From the NCBI GenBank assembly GCA_964035545.1, contig OZ037766.1, positions 3,038,001 through 3,102,000 on the forward strand: 64,000 nucleotides of DNA, given 5' to 3'. The translations under genes were made by a program, and so were the position numbers. The notes below the pieces were generated by a model. It saw nothing but the letters and a program-made list of their open reading frames with translations, was not told where the DNA came from and did not search any database. This DNA is from Bugula neritina (Eukaryota > Animalia > Bryozoa). Shown one piece after another: positions 63,363-64,000 of the stretch (the stretch's first letter is position 1; each line of letters opens with the position of its first letter).

Positions 63363-64000
63363 TCATGTGACGCCATCTTCCTTTATTGAAACATGTTCGT
63401 AAGGCGGCCGTTTACAGAACACCTGCTTGAAATTGTCTCTGAATACTTTATTGAAGCCGAAATAAAGAAAAAAGTTGATTGCTGAGTTGAGGCAAAGGAG
63501 TGAGTCTGTAATCTCTCGAATTCCTCTAACGAGGTAGGTGGCATCGGCATAGCCAAAGTTTTTTAAAGATATTATAGCGTCAGGGGTGACGCAAACTAGG
63601 AAAGCAATGATTATGGCCACCAGCATTATCGTTACTCTGTTCTTACAGTCCAGTGGGCGCCGATAACCTCTACGACTCATCTTCCACAACTCCTTAATAA
63701 TCCAGCCATTGACAATGACCAGCACCATGAGGGGTACTAAGGAGCGGATAATGTTCTGGAAAAGTACGAATGGTGTAGTGAAATTCTTATCACTCCACAA
63801 GTCCGTTACGGAGAGTGTCCCGTTGAAGTTTTCTGTAGTCTTTTGGTATCGCAGAACAAAAGGTACGGCTATTAGCATCGAGCTGAGCCAGACTACGCAG
63901 CAGGTAATCTTGGCTCTTGTTATTGTACACATTGTCACAGCTCGTTCCGGCCACTTCATATAAATATATCGCTCTATTGCCACCGATACTGTCAGCCAGG
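63363..64000 (-). CDS. Class A (rhodopsin-type) GPCR, FMRFamide/peptide-receptor-like; TM3 to C-terminus, 5' part outside window
   Basis: Open frame to the window edge: WLTVSVAIERYIY (ERY motif), TMCTITRAK, IRSLVPLMVLVIVNGWII, VTIMLVAIIIAFLVCVTPDA, LNSAINFFLY..FNKVFR. This pattern is typical of FMRFamide-receptor-like orphan GPCRs. No intron in the visible part. Confidence 0.9.
   Translation of the reverse strand, partial: WLTVSVAIERYIYMKWPERAVTMCTITRAKITCCVVWLSSMLIAVPFVLRYQKTTENFNGTLSVTDLWSDKNFTTPFVLFQNIIRSLVPLMVLVIVNGWIIKELWKMSRRGYRRPLDCKNRVTIMLVAIIIAFLVCVTPDAIISLKNFGYADATYLVRGIREITDSLLCLNSAINFFLYFGFNKVFRDNFKQVFCKRPPYEHVSIKEDGVT

Overview
AT-rich, intron-rich animal genomic DNA, probably from an invertebrate; it is not prokaryotic. 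Six protein-coding genes were assembled by hand from splice sites and reading phase. (1-3) A head-to-tail minus-strand array of three long-chain fatty acyl-CoA synthetases (ACSL1/5/6 family): paralog A (13499-22282) and paralog B (2851-12036) are complete with 17 coding exons each, and paralog C (359-1404) shows three exons and runs off the left edge. (4) An unrecognised type I membrane protein (30803-34465, +) with an NHL/beta-propeller-like ectodomain on one 1 kb exon, a Lys-containing TM helix and a Shisa/WBP1-like PPxY tail. (5) A divergent SK/KCNN Ca-activated K+ channel (40079-60371, +, 9 coding exons). (6) The 3' part of an FMRFamide-receptor-like class A GPCR (63363->64000, -). Non-coding DNA holds two tRNA-derived SINE families, two MITEs with 8-bp TSDs and many mini/microsatellites, several built from duplicated splice sites. 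Main leads: the NHL-ectodomain/PPxY-tail receptor, replacement of the ACSL N-terminal hydrophobic anchor by an MSCC palmitoylation-like motif in B and C, patchy gene conversion between ACSL A and B, and the splice-site satellites. Family calls rest on recalled motifs; no database search was run.
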